A stretch of DNA of 64,000 nucleotides from a virus. The translations under genes were made by a program, and so were the position numbers. Below, in pieces: positions 1 to 9,933 of the stretch. Below the pieces are notes generated by a model. The model saw only the letters and a program-made list of their open reading frames with translations. It did not search any database and was not told the DNA's origin. The stretch's first letter is position 1; each line of letters starts with the position of its first letter. The stretch covers positions 1 through 64,000 of the IMG/VR virus record IMGVR_UViG_3300023174_000123. One strand, given 5' to 3'.

Positions 1-2
1 CC

Positions 3-2066
3 AACGCAGTATCTGGATTCACATTCAACAAAGCATCAAACGTACTCACAGTAGGTGCCAACGTCAATGCAAGCAATTTCAATGGCAATGTGTTTGGCAC
101 CTCAGTCAGTGCCAGTGGCACTGTGACAGCGGCCAGTACAGTGGGTGGTGTAATCACTGGATCAAGCGCCAGTGTAACAGGCACTGTCACGGCTGCCAGC
201 ACAGTGGGTGGTGTCATAACCGGATCAACAGCCAGTCTAACTGGCAACATCAATGGCGCCAATCTCATACTGTCATCGGGCTTTGTAGATGGTCCAGCCG
301 CAGGCAGGATCACCATCAATGGTTCAGACCTTGACACTGACTTTGCAGTAGATGGCGATACTTTGGCCAACGTGTTCTATGTGGATGCCGGAACTGGCAC
401 AGCCAGCTTTGGCTCAAGCACACAGGTTACCAATGCCATCGTAAACTTTGACACAACCACGTCAATCAAAGCGCCAGTGGGCAATACTGCTCAGCGACCC
501 AGCACAGGCGTCACAGGCATGTTGCGTTTCAACACCACTACCAACGCTGTGGAAGTCTACGACAACAGTCAATGGACTTCGGTGGGTGTGCCAGTGTTTA
601 CTGTCATAGCCGACGAGCAGTTCAACGGCGACGGAAGCACAGTGGCTTTTACGCTAGGCAGCACACAGACCACAAATAGCTGTATCGTCAGCATCAACGG
701 TGTGGTACAGATTCCAACCCTGGCCTATGCTGTGGCAGGAACCAATCCAACCTGTGTGCTCACATTCACAGAAGCTCCAGCAAGCGGTGACGTGATTGAT
801 GTGCGCCAAATCACCACAACAACCACGGTTACTCAGATCAGCAACAGCCCTGGCAATGCTGTGGTATCAGTTAGTCCAACCACTGCACAGGTCAATGTCA
901 CAGGCGACCTCAGTGTCAACGGAACTATTTTGGGCGGAAACATCAACAGCACTGCTATCACCAACGGCACGTCAAACATGACAGTTATTGCCAGTGGTGG
1001 TAACATCCGTGCCAACATAGCCGGTACAACCGTACAAACAATCAGTGCAGGATTGGTAGCTATAACAGGCGACTTGAGCGTATCTGGCAATGCCACACTC
1101 AGCGGAAACATCCTGGGTGATCGTATACAAAACGGCACCACACAGATTGATATCCAAACACCCGGTGGCAACGCCAACATCACAGTTGGTGGCACAAGCA
1201 ATACGGCGGTATTCAGTACCAGTGCATTGACCCTGGCAACAAACCTGTTGCCCAGTGCCAACATCACCTACAATTTGGGTAGCACAACTCAACGCTGGAA
1301 CGATTTATGGTTGGCCAACAGCACGATCTATTTGGGTAACAGCCAGATCAGTGCCAACGCCACATCGCTGATATTTACAAACCCGGCCGGAGGCCAAACT
1401 GTATTAGCAGGTGCCACAGCAGGCATTACCGGTGCCACAGTCAGTGCCAGTGGTAATGTCACGGGTGGTAACATAATAACCGGTGGCGACGTCAGTCTAG
1501 GTGGTAACATTGTTGACACAGGTGCATTGACCATCAGCACCGGCTCCAACGGCAACATTACCTTGTCACCCAATGGCACAGGTGTTATTGTTGCCAACAA
1601 AGACATTGTCAACGGACAAGCCAACGCTACTGGCAACATTGGTAGTGCTACTAACTACTTCAACACTGTGTTTGCCAAAGCAACTTCAGCACAATACGCT
1701 GACTTGGCAGAAAAATACACCGCTGACGCAGATTATGCTCCTGGTACCGTGGTAAGTTTTGGTGGAAGCCAAGAAGTTACTATTGCCAGTGTGGCATCTG
1801 ACACACGTGTGGCAGGTGTGATTTCAACTAACCCCAGCTATAGAATGAACGACGGCTTGCAAAGTGCGCACACAGCCATGGTAGCACTTACAGGTCGTGT
1901 GCCCACAAGCGTAACTGGTACAGTACGCAAAGGCGACATGATGGTAAGTGCCGGCAACGGTCTAGCCCGTGCAGAGGCCAATCCTGCCATTGGCACTGTG
2001 ATTGGAAAAGCTCTAGCTGACAGTGACGGTGATTCAGTAATAGAAATCGTGGTTGGTCGCGTGTAA
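3..2066 (+). CDS. Tail fibre-like protein, 5' truncated, with C-terminal peptidase G2/IMC-like autocleaving chaperone domain
   Basis: Frame is open from base 3 (NAVSGFTFNK...). Gly/Thr/Ser repeats. C-terminus YADLAEKY...PGTVV...RVAGVISTNP...VALTGRVP...KGD...IGKAL...IEIVVGR resembles intramolecular-chaperone domains of phage fibres. Confidence 0.75.
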   Translation, partial: NAVSGFTFNKASNVLTVGANVNASNFNGNVFGTSVSASGTVTAASTVGGVITGSSASVTGTVTAASTVGGVITGSTASLTGNINGANLILSSGFVDGPAAGRITINGSDLDTDFAVDGDTLANVFYVDAGTGTASFGSSTQVTNAIVNFDTTTSIKAPVGNTAQRPSTGVTGMLRFNTTTNAVEVYDNSQWTSVGVPVFTVIADEQFNGDGSTVAFTLGSTQTTNSCIVSINGVVQIPTLAYAVAGTNPTCVLTFTEAPASGDVIDVRQITTTTTVTQISNSPGNAVVSVSPTTAQVNVTGDLSVNGTILGGNINSTAITNGTSNMTVIASGGNIRANIAGTTVQTISAGLVAITGDLSVSGNATLSGNILGDRIQNGTTQIDIQTPGGNANITVGGTSNTAVFSTSALTLATNLLPSANITYNLGSTTQRWNDLWLANSTIYLGNSQISANATSLIFTNPAGGQTVLAGATAGITGATVSASGNVTGGNIITGGDVSLGGNIVDTGALTISTGSNGNITLSPNGTGVIVANKDIVNGQANATGNIGSATNYFNTVFAKATSAQYADLAEKYTADADYAPGTVVSFGGSQEVTIASVASDTRVAGVISTNPSYRMNDGLQSAHTAMVALTGRVPTSVTGTVRKGDMMVSAGNGLARAEANPAIGTVIGKALADSDGDSVIEIVVGRV

Positions 2067-2088
2067 ACAACGCACACACCCAGAAAAG

Positions 2089-2116
2089 TAAGGCTCTCAG
2101 CGGGCCTTATTTTTTT
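2089..2116 (+). terminator. Rho-independent terminator
   Basis: TAAGGCTC-TCAGC-GGGCCTTA stem-loop followed by T7, 22 nt after the stop codon. Confidence 0.8.
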
Positions 2117-2118
2117 GG

Positions 2119-2125
2119 CTAAATA
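2119..2125 (+). promoter_or_regulatory. T4-type late promoter (CTAAATA)
   Basis: TAAATA core directly after the terminator and before a fibre gene; the same core recurs at about 19 intergenic sites. Confidence 0.7.
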
Positions 2126-2146
2126 TTGGATAATAATGGAACAACC

Positions 2147-5100
2147 ATGGGCTTAACCAAACCGCGTGCCGCGCAGATATTTAACCTAGACTACAAACAG
2201 TCCACGCGAGTAGTTACCACCACCAATGTCACCTTGAGCGGTGGAGCACCCAGCTTGGTCGATGGCATCACACTGAGCCTGGGCGATCGTGTACTAGTCA
2301 CAGGTCAAACAACAGGCAGTCAAAACGGACTCTACTACATTACTACCTTGGGATCGGGCGCCAATGGCACCTGGGCCAGGACCAGCGACGGCAACGAAAA
2401 CGGTGAAATTGAAGCCGGCATGATCGTCATGGTCACAGAAGGTGCCATCTATGCCGACACACAGTGGAAACTGATCACTGACGATCCCATTGTAATCAAC
2501 ACCACAGCTCTGACCTTCACACAAAACTACATGGCCAACTCCATATCAGGTGGCACGTCAAATGTGGTGGTCAATTCAAATGCCGCTGTGACCATAAGCA
2601 GTGCTGGCACAGCCAACGTGGCTGCATTTACTGCCACGGCGATCACAGCTACAGCCAATATCAATCCCTCGGCCAATGTGACCTACAGCCTGGGCAACAC
2701 AACCAATCGTTGGAAAGACCTCTGGCTAGCCAATAGCACCATTTACATGGGCAACATCAATCTAGCTGCCACCGCAACAAGTCTGACTGTAGACGGCTTG
2801 CCGGTTCTCACCGGCGGCGCAGGGGGCAATACTGTCAGTGTCACAGGCAACATAACCGGCGGTAACCTACTCACAAGTGGCCTGATCAGTGCTACCGGCA
2901 ACATAACTGGAAATTATTTTTTAGGTAATGGTAGCCAACTCACAGGGTTGCCAGCAACATATTCCAATGCCAACGTGGCCGCGTTCTTGGCCGCTTATGG
3001 CAGCAATACTATAAGTTCTACAGGAACCATAACCGCTGGCAACATCACTGGTGGTAATATTCTTACTAGTGGATTGATTTCAGCCACAGGCAATGTTTCA
3101 GGAAATTACATATTAGGAAATGGTAGTTTGCTCACCGGTGTGATAACCAGCGTGGCTAATATCAACAATGGTACAAGTAATGTCACAGTAGTCAGTTCTG
3201 GTGGCAATGTCACAGTTGGAGTGGGTGGCACCGGTAACATAGCAGTGTTCAGTACCAGTGGGCTAGACGTCACAGGTCGAGTCAGTGTCACAGGCAATAT
3301 TACTTCTGGCAATATCAGTGCCACCAATCACACAGGCACAGCAGTCAGTGTCACAGGTACTGTAACAGCTTCCTCAGTGGCAGGTGGCGTAATAACCGGA
3401 ACTAGTACCAGTGTCACCGGAACTCAAACTGCAGCCAGTACAGTGGGCGGAGTCATAACAGGTACATCAACATCAGTGAGTGGTGGTGTAACAGCCAACA
3501 GTGTGGCTGCAATCAACAACGGGGCAGGAACCAACTTCCGAGTGGGTGACGACGTCTGGATTGGCGATATCAACATTGCAGATACCATGAGCGTTCGTGG
3601 TCAGCAGAGTGCTCTTAACGGATACATTGTGTTTGGTAATGCTGATAGCACAGCACTGGGTCGAGCTGGCTCTGGACCGTTGACCTACGGCGGCGCATTT
3701 AGTGCCTCTGGCAACGTCACCGGTGGCAACATCTTAACTGCTGGATTGGCCAGTGTTACCGGAAACATCACCGGTGGCAACATCCAGGCCACAAATCATA
3801 CAGGTACCAATTTATCAGTAACAGGAACGGTGACAACTGCTTCAACTGTAGGTGGTGTGATCACAGGAACATCAACAAGTGTCACAGGTACACAAACAGC
3901 GGCTAGTACAGTGGGTGGTGTAATCACCGGGTCAAGTTCTAGTGTCACCGGTACAGCTACAGCCGCAAGTACTGTGGGTGGTGTTATTACTGGTAGTTCA
4001 GCATCAGTGACTGGAGCAGTATCAGGTGCCAGTGCTAGTGTATCAGGTGGCGTTACAGCTGCCAGTGTAGCTGGTGGTGTCATAACCGGCACATCGACGT
4101 CAGTAACAGGAACACAAACCGCTGCAAGTACTGTGGGTGGAGTAATAACCGGCACATCAACGTCAGTAACAGGAACACAAACCGCTGCAAGTACTGTGGG
4201 TGGAGTAATCACTGGCTCAAGTACAAGTGTTACAGGAACAACAACAGCCGCAAGCGTAGTTGGTGGAGTGATAACAGGTACAAGCGCCAGCGTAACTGGC
4301 AACGTCACAGGTGCCAATTTGGTTGTAGCCACAAACATCTATGATGCCAGTACGATGAACATTGTCACAGGTGCTGGCGACATCAATCTTCAGCCGGCTG
4401 GCAACGTAGTCATAAACAGCAAAAACATCAATGGTCTGGCACAACCAGTGCAAAATCAGGATGCGGCCACCAAGTTGTATGTGGACAATGCGGTGTCAAC
4501 AGCAATTAGTTATCATCAACCTGTGGTTGCAGCTACTACCACAACCTTGGCCACTACTACAGGTGGTACAATCACCTACACTCAACCCAATGGTGCCAGC
4601 AACGGTGTTGGTGCGCTGTTGACCACAACAGGCACGTTCAATCTCATTGACACAGCCAATGTGCAAACTGTGGGCACACGTATCTTGGTCAAGAACGAAG
4701 CCAATGCAGTATTCAACGGTGTTTATACCTGGGCCAACGCCACAAACATTGTGCGTGCTACAGATGCAGACACCTACGGTGCTGGCAGTCAGTCAACCCT
4801 GAGCATCAATGACTACTTCTTTGTGTCGTCGGGCAACGTTAACGCGGGGTCAGCTTTCATTGTCAGTGCTCCAACAGGCACCATTACATTTGGTACCAGC
4901 AACATTGTTTTTTCTCAGTTCAGTTCAAGTCAAACATATACAGCCAATACCAGTGCTGGTATTGTTCTAAATGGCACAGTATTCTCAGCTAAAGTTGATG
5001 GTGTGACCACAGCCTTTGATGGCGGTGGCAATATCTCGGTCAAGGCCAGTGCCACATTGACCACGCCCAACATTGGAGCCGCCACAGGTACTAGTTTGAG

Positions 5101-6385
5101 TGTAACCGGTGCTGTTACTGCCGCAAGTACAGTGGGTGGTGTCATAACCGGATCAAGCGCAAGTGTCACGGGTGGAGTCACGGCTGCATCAGTGGCTGGA
5201 GGTGTCATAACCGGCACAAGCATGTCAGTCACTGGAACGGTAACTGGTGCAAGTTTAGCAGGAACAATCACCACAGCCAGTCAAACAAATATCACCGCAG
5301 TTGGCACATTAACAAGTTTATCGGCCAGTGGCAATATCACCGGTGGCAACATAAGTGCCACCAATCACACAGGAACCACAGTCAGTGTCACTGGCGGAGT
5401 TACATCGGCCAGCGTAGCTGGTGGAGTAATCACAGGAACAAGTACCAGTGTCACTGGTACACAAACAGCCGCAAGTACAGTAGGTGGTGTAATCACTGGA
5501 ACAAGCACAAGTGTCACAGGTGCTGTAACTGCTGCCAGTGTAGTAGGTGGAGTAATCACAGGTTCAAGTACAAGTGTCACTGGCACTACCACAGCCGCTT
5601 CAGTGGCAGGTGGTGTGATAACAGGTACAAGTGTCAGTGTCACAGGTGGAGTCACAGCCGCATCAGTGGCCGGGGGTGTTATAACAGGTACAAGTGTCAG
5701 TGTCACCGGTACAGCTACAGCCGCAAGCACTGTGGGTGGTGTGATTACCGGAAGTTCTAGTTCAGTTACTGGTACGCAAACGGCAGCTAGTACAGTTGGT
5801 GGTGTTATCACTGGTAGTAGTTCTTCATTGAGTGGAAACGTCACGGGTGGTAACATACTGACAGGTGGTATTGTAAGTGCCACTGGTAATATCACTGGCG
5901 GTAACATCCTGGGCAACGGTGCCGGCTTGTCTGGTATCAATGCGTTCAGCAACGTCACGGTCACTGGTGGCAACAGTGCCGTGGCAGATAGCATAGCCGA
6001 TACCCTGACTTTGACAGCCGGCACTGGTATCAGTATTACAGTTGATCCCGCCACAGACACCATAACCATTGGTGCTCAGGGTGTCAGTGACATTTTTGTG
6101 GACGGCGCAGATTTTGGCACAGTGACTGAACCAGTTACGTTATCAGACGATCTGGGACTGGTAACCGAAGCTGTAGATGCTGAATCAGATCTTGGAACGC
6201 TGGTTATATCGGGCTTGATCTATCCAAATCAGTTTGTTTTGCCCAGTTATACCACCAGTACGTTGCCCAGTGCCGCGATAGCCGGGGCCATGATATATGT
6301 GACCAACGAAACCGGCGGACCAGTACCGGCCTTTGCTGACGGCACAAATTGGCGCAGAGTAACAGACCGTGCAATAGTAACATAA
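2147..6385 (+). CDS. Long tail fibre/adhesin-like protein with 21-aa tandem repeats
   Basis: Likely start ATG 2147 (MGLTKPR). N-terminal DGITLSLGDRVLVTGQTTGSQNGLY fibre module, recurring as VGTRILVKNEANAVFNGVY; DAATKLYVD motif; TAASTVGGVITGxSxSVTG repeats. Confidence 0.75.
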   Translation: MGLTKPRAAQIFNLDYKQSTRVVTTTNVTLSGGAPSLVDGITLSLGDRVLVTGQTTGSQNGLYYITTLGSGANGTWARTSDGNENGEIEAGMIVMVTEGAIYADTQWKLITDDPIVINTTALTFTQNYMANSISGGTSNVVVNSNAAVTISSAGTANVAAFTATAITATANINPSANVTYSLGNTTNRWKDLWLANSTIYMGNINLAATATSLTVDGLPVLTGGAGGNTVSVTGNITGGNLLTSGLISATGNITGNYFLGNGSQLTGLPATYSNANVAAFLAAYGSNTISSTGTITAGNITGGNILTSGLISATGNVSGNYILGNGSLLTGVITSVANINNGTSNVTVVSSGGNVTVGVGGTGNIAVFSTSGLDVTGRVSVTGNITSGNISATNHTGTAVSVTGTVTASSVAGGVITGTSTSVTGTQTAASTVGGVITGTSTSVSGGVTANSVAAINNGAGTNFRVGDDVWIGDINIADTMSVRGQQSALNGYIVFGNADSTALGRAGSGPLTYGGAFSASGNVTGGNILTAGLASVTGNITGGNIQATNHTGTNLSVTGTVTTASTVGGVITGTSTSVTGTQTAASTVGGVITGSSSSVTGTATAASTVGGVITGSSASVTGAVSGASASVSGGVTAASVAGGVITGTSTSVTGTQTAASTVGGVITGTSTSVTGTQTAASTVGGVITGSSTSVTGTTTAASVVGGVITGTSASVTGNVTGANLVVATNIYDASTMNIVTGAGDINLQPAGNVVINSKNINGLAQPVQNQDAATKLYVDNAVSTAISYHQPVVAATTTTLATTTGGTITYTQPNGASNGVGALLTTTGTFNLIDTANVQTVGTRILVKNEANAVFNGVYTWANATNIVRATDADTYGAGSQSTLSINDYFFVSSGNVNAGSAFIVSAPTGTITFGTSNIVFSQFSSSQTYTANTSAGIVLNGTVFSAKVDGVTTAFDGGGNISVKASATLTTPNIGAATGTSLSVTGAVTAASTVGGVITGSSASVTGGVTAASVAGGVITGTSMSVTGTVTGASLAGTITTASQTNITAVGTLTSLSASGNITGGNISATNHTGTTVSVTGGVTSASVAGGVITGTSTSVTGTQTAASTVGGVITGTSTSVTGAVTAASVVGGVITGSSTSVTGTTTAASVAGGVITGTSVSVTGGVTAASVAGGVITGTSVSVTGTATAASTVGGVITGSSSSVTGTQTAASTVGGVITGSSSSLSGNVTGGNILTGGIVSATGNITGGNILGNGAGLSGINAFSNVTVTGGNSAVADSIADTLTLTAGTGISITVDPATDTITIGAQGVSDIFVDGADFGTVTEPVTLSDDLGLVTEAVDAESDLGTLVISGLIYPNQFVLPSYTTSTLPSAAIAGAMIYVTNETGGPVPAFADGTNWRRVTDRAIVT
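3810..4310 (+). repeat. 63-bp (21-aa) tandem repeat array 1 in fibre gene
   Basis: Unit TAASTVGGVITGTSTSVTGTQ; 4082-4144 and 4145-4207 are near-identical at DNA level. Confidence 0.85.
5370..5830 (+). repeat. 63-bp (21-aa) tandem repeat array 2 in fibre gene
   Basis: About 7 consecutive TAAS(T/V)(V/A)GGVITG(T/S)SxSVTG units. Confidence 0.85.
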
Positions 6386-6388
6386 ATA
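6382..6388 (+). promoter_or_regulatory. Late promoter (ATAAATA) overlapping upstream stop codon
   Basis: CATAAATAG; its TAA is the upstream stop; AGGA Shine-Dalgarno and ATG 6406 follow. Confidence 0.7.
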
Positions 6389-6405
6389 GCATATAGGAAC
6401 TTAAA

Positions 6406-7473
6406 ATGGCAACACAAGTACAATATAGACGCGGAACCAATGCACAAAATGCGGCATTTACCGGTGCCCTGGGTGAAATCACAGTGGATACCACAAATGG
6501 TACCTTGCGGGTGCATGATGCTATCACAGCGGGCGGCAGCAACATTGCCACTGTGTCCTATGTAACCAGCCAAATATCAGCTCTGAGTGCCAACAGCATC
6601 AGCTTTGGAACATCAAGTGTGGCAGTAATTGCTTCGGGCGGAAACATACGTAGCAACGTGGCCGGCTCAACAGTCATGACTATCAGTCCAGGCCTTGTAG
6701 ACATTGCAGGAAATCTCACAGTGTCAGGCAATGCCACACTGAGTGGTAACATTCTGGGTGATCGTGTTCAAAATGGTACAACCAGCATTGACATCCAAAC
6801 CGCCAGCGGCAATGCCAACATCACTGTAGGCGGAACCAGCAATGTTGCAGTGTTTACCACAACTGGTGTCGTGGTCACTGGAGACATAAGTGTAACCGGA
6901 AACATCACTGACACAGGTGCATTGACCATCAGCACCGGCAGCAACGGCAACATCAGTTTGGCGCCCAACGGTACTGGAAATATCAACACCGGCGCCAATA
7001 TCATGCCAACAGCCAATGCCACGGCAAATATTGGCAGCGCCACATTGAGCTACAACACCATATTTGCCCGAGCCACTTCAGCACAATACGCCGACTTGGC
7101 CGAGATGTATGTGGCCGATGCCTACTACGCACCCGGCACCGTGGTAGAATTTGGTGGCACAGCCGAAGTAACACAAAGCACTGCAAGCCATAGCACTCGT
7201 GTGGCCGGCATCGTATCAACCAATCCTAGTTATTTGATGAATGCCACACTCACAGGCGATCATGTGATTCCGGTGGCTCTGGTAGGACGAGTTCCTTGCC
7301 AGGTTGTTGGGAGCATTGCCAAAGGTGACCGTTTAGTGGCCAGCACTGCTCCAGGGGTTGCAACAACTCTTGATGCAACGCAATATCAACCAGCCTGCAT
7401 AATTGGCAAGGCATTGGAAGATTACAATTCTGACACCGTGGGTATCATAGAAGTTGCAGTAGGCAGGACCTGA
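6406..7473 (+). CDS. Short tail fibre with Mtd-N-like N-terminus and peptidase G2/IMC-like C-terminus
   Basis: MATQVQYRRGT...FTGALGEITVDT...LRVHD..TAGG start; YADLAEMY...VALVGRVP...IGKAL C-terminus paralogous to gene 3..2066. Confidence 0.75.
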   Translation: MATQVQYRRGTNAQNAAFTGALGEITVDTTNGTLRVHDAITAGGSNIATVSYVTSQISALSANSISFGTSSVAVIASGGNIRSNVAGSTVMTISPGLVDIAGNLTVSGNATLSGNILGDRVQNGTTSIDIQTASGNANITVGGTSNVAVFTTTGVVVTGDISVTGNITDTGALTISTGSNGNISLAPNGTGNINTGANIMPTANATANIGSATLSYNTIFARATSAQYADLAEMYVADAYYAPGTVVEFGGTAEVTQSTASHSTRVAGIVSTNPSYLMNATLTGDHVIPVALVGRVPCQVVGSIAKGDRLVASTAPGVATTLDATQYQPACIIGKALEDYNSDTVGIIEVAVGRT

Positions 7474-8135
7474 TGCAAGCCCGATATCGCACAGACTACG
7501 CTGGCGAATTTGTGGTAGTTGAATCGCGCTGGGGCGGTGGTAAGAAAAACGAAAACCGCGAATGGATTCCTAATCCCATTGAAAATCATCATATCTCGGG
7601 ACGTGCTGCGTGCATTGGCAGCAGTTTTGATCGGTCGCAATTCAACCACACTATTTTACAACGCCATCGTGGCGGATTGTTGGGTTCATTGAAGTTACAA
7701 ACTTACGGCGTAGGAGAGATTGCGCAGGAAATGCGGCTAGACTTTGTGGTCGAGACCAACCGCACAAAACTCAACGAAATCTTAGCCACCAATTATCAGC
7801 AAGACAACATTGTTTATACCAGCGCACACAACTGTGTGGCCAACCCAGGTCAGTTCTATCTTGTGCCCTACAAACCTCATCTGTTGGACATAGCAACTTT
7901 AGTGTATCTGGCAGCATTTGACGGACACCGAGAAGTCTTCTTGTTAGGATACAACGACGAAACGCCTGTGGAACATCCTGCCTGGCAGGATCAAGTGGCA
8001 GAAGTTTTCACAGCCTACTCGGGCACGCAGTTTTGGTTGATTGGAGAAAAGACCCGCATGCCAGACGTTTGGGTCAACTGCTCCAACGTAAGGATCATGA
8101 GCTATCTTGATTTTATTGGCTACTGTGATGTGTGA
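7473..8135 (+). CDS. Hypothetical protein, possibly MptE/DUF115-like Rossmann fold
   Basis: Coupled by TGATG overlap; AACIGSS and YLAAFDGHREVFLLGY motifs loosely resemble DUF115/sialyltransferase-like proteins. Confidence 0.5.
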   Translation: MQARYRTDYAGEFVVVESRWGGGKKNENREWIPNPIENHHISGRAACIGSSFDRSQFNHTILQRHRGGLLGSLKLQTYGVGEIAQEMRLDFVVETNRTKLNEILATNYQQDNIVYTSAHNCVANPGQFYLVPYKPHLLDIATLVYLAAFDGHREVFLLGYNDETPVEHPAWQDQVAEVFTAYSGTQFWLIGEKTRMPDVWVNCSNVRIMSYLDFIGYCDV

Positions 8136-8560
8136 ACAGTGGACTCAATCACACTTATCTTGTTCTGCACAGCTTCAAAATTTATAGTAGACCACAATCC
8201 CGGGTGCATGGGTCTGGGCCAGATGCCAGAATCTATCCAGGCATATCCAAGGTGTTCGTGGTTGAGTTCGGGCACAAATTCTTGTTCTACGCTGCAATAA
8301 AAAGTATGATAGGCAAATACTCCATCAACAGTGGTGAACTTTTCAATGGGTATCAACCGCATGAAGTCGGGAACAAATCCCAATTCTTCTCTGCACTCTC
8401 TGAACATGGCATCACGTAGGCTTTCGCCTGCTTCTATCTTGCCACCAGGCAGGCCCCATGATCCTGGATGTTTTGGATCATCTCGCATGAGATACAGATA
8501 GCGACCGGTATCTACAGCGTAGAACCAAACTCCTACAGCGTTTATAGCACTAGGCTCCAT
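8120..8560 (-). CDS. Nudix hydrolase
   Basis: Nudix box WGLPGGKIEAGESLRDAMFRECREELG; likely start ATG 8560. Confidence 0.9.
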   Translation of the reverse strand: MEPSAINAVGVWFYAVDTGRYLYLMRDDPKHPGSWGLPGGKIEAGESLRDAMFRECREELGFVPDFMRLIPIEKFTTVDGVFAYHTFYCSVEQEFVPELNHEHLGYAWIDSGIWPRPMHPGLWSTINFEAVQNKISVIESTVHTSQ

Positions 8561-9933
8561 GTGCCTCCAGGATAAAGGCCTTGATAACTCTTGACCCAGG
8601 TCGTGCCGGTCCATTGATATTGTATTTCTGTGGTGATATTTGTGACATACTGTATATTATCAGGACTTGAGGTCGAGTCAAAAGAAATCTGCCATCTTGA
8701 TCCATCGTATTCCACAATGTCATTGGCATGTGCCACTAGTGGTTGATCGCTGGTTCCGGCCCAGGCTTCAGCATATCCATCATCAAACGATCCGGTATCC
8801 TCGGTAAACAAATACCTTTGGCCAACGGCAGCTGGCGCAAGCCCTGCACCAGGCCCACTGCGCAAAGGATCAATGACACTCAATACCGGATCTAAGGTAT
8901 TGGCCGGAACAGTGTCAATGTCGACCGTGAACAACAAAAATCTGTCATCGGTGGGATCGTAGGCCACTGTACCCACAACATCGGTGCCGTCCTCTTGCTC
9001 CAGTCGGATCAGACTTATTCCGGGTCTGAGTACACCATACACCCCAATAAGGTTGTGCCATAGCAAATTGCTTTCTGGACTGTCAGGTGGTGTTAAACTG
9101 GCATTGCTTTGATCTACAACTTGTTGTTCTCTCAAGGCCTGTAGTTTGCCACCAATCAACAAGACCTGGTATGCATATGGAGTGAACACCTGGCGTGTGC
9201 CCAACAACAAATCGTTGTCTAGGATGGCATTTGACGCATCGCCTTGGGCATCAAAAACTGATGCAACAATACGTTCGACCACTCCCAATTTCTTGACCTT
9301 GGCTGGACTGGAGATCCAGATGGGTATGCTGAAAGTCAAGGTAGCTATGTCTATGGGATTGTCTGCGTTGACAGGTATGACTCTACTTGACCAGTTTACA
9401 CGTTCAAGATTGCACACACTCATGCTGGTCCAGTCAATATAGTTGTCTGTGCTTTGAATTTCCAAAGCAGGATTAAACAACACCAAGACCTGTTCCAAGA
9501 TCTGCATTTTTTGATTGGTGTTTGATGTCCAGATATCTAGATTTATGGTCAATTTATAAGGCACAGGCATCAGACGTTCTATGGTAAAAGCATTGCCTTG
9601 TGTGGTGTCATAGGTATCTGTGTCTGAATCATATGTTCGCTGTCGCACTTGAATATTGCTGACAAAATTTGGTTCTTGTATCCTGGGGCGATCATAATCC
9701 AAGGCCGTGATGTAAAAGGTCATCAACGGAGTGCTTGGCATGTCGTTGGCAGAATTTTCTTGCAAAATAGTCTGTGCTTGACGGCTGGCATCACCGTAGC
9801 GCACTGGCACACGCACCAAGGTGTCTTCCTTGCCGGCCTGGTTGATACCATAGGCCACCTGGAAGTTTGAAAAGATTCTAGCAAACTGTAAGAGGAAGCG
9901 ACGAATTTGTTCGTCATAAAAAAACGTTGCCAC
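8542..9933 (-). CDS. T4 gp15-like tail terminator/sheath stabiliser with C-terminal extension
   Basis: FFYDEQIRRFLLQFARIFSNF...RVPVRYG and PVPYKLTINLDIW...QILEQVL.LFNP resemble gp15; downstream of a gp14-like gene. Confidence 0.75.
   Translation of the reverse strand: MATFFYDEQIRRFLLQFARIFSNFQVAYGINQAGKEDTLVRVPVRYGDASRQAQTILQENSANDMPSTPLMTFYITALDYDRPRIQEPNFVSNIQVRQRTYDSDTDTYDTTQGNAFTIERLMPVPYKLTINLDIWTSNTNQKMQILEQVLVLFNPALEIQSTDNYIDWTSMSVCNLERVNWSSRVIPVNADNPIDIATLTFSIPIWISSPAKVKKLGVVERIVASVFDAQGDASNAILDNDLLLGTRQVFTPYAYQVLLIGGKLQALREQQVVDQSNASLTPPDSPESNLLWHNLIGVYGVLRPGISLIRLEQEDGTDVVGTVAYDPTDDRFLLFTVDIDTVPANTLDPVLSVIDPLRSGPGAGLAPAAVGQRYLFTEDTGSFDDGYAEAWAGTSDQPLVAHANDIVEYDGSRWQISFDSTSSPDNIQYVTNITTEIQYQWTGTTWVKSYQGLYPGGTWSLVL

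Noticed and set aside
3810-5830. Regular 63-bp periodicity resembling a CRISPR array
   Set aside because: In-frame coding repeats varying at synonymous sites; no unique spacers and no cas genes.
833-6069. Many antisense ORFs (Val/Pro/Thr-rich) opposite the fibre genes, and similar ones throughout the window
   Set aside because: Shadow frames of repetitive sense genes, with no promoters, SD sites or motifs.
6406-7473. Mtd-like N-terminus suggesting a diversity-generating retroelement
   Set aside because: No reverse transcriptase in the window and no repeat pair differing only at adenines; the C-terminus is an IMC-like domain.
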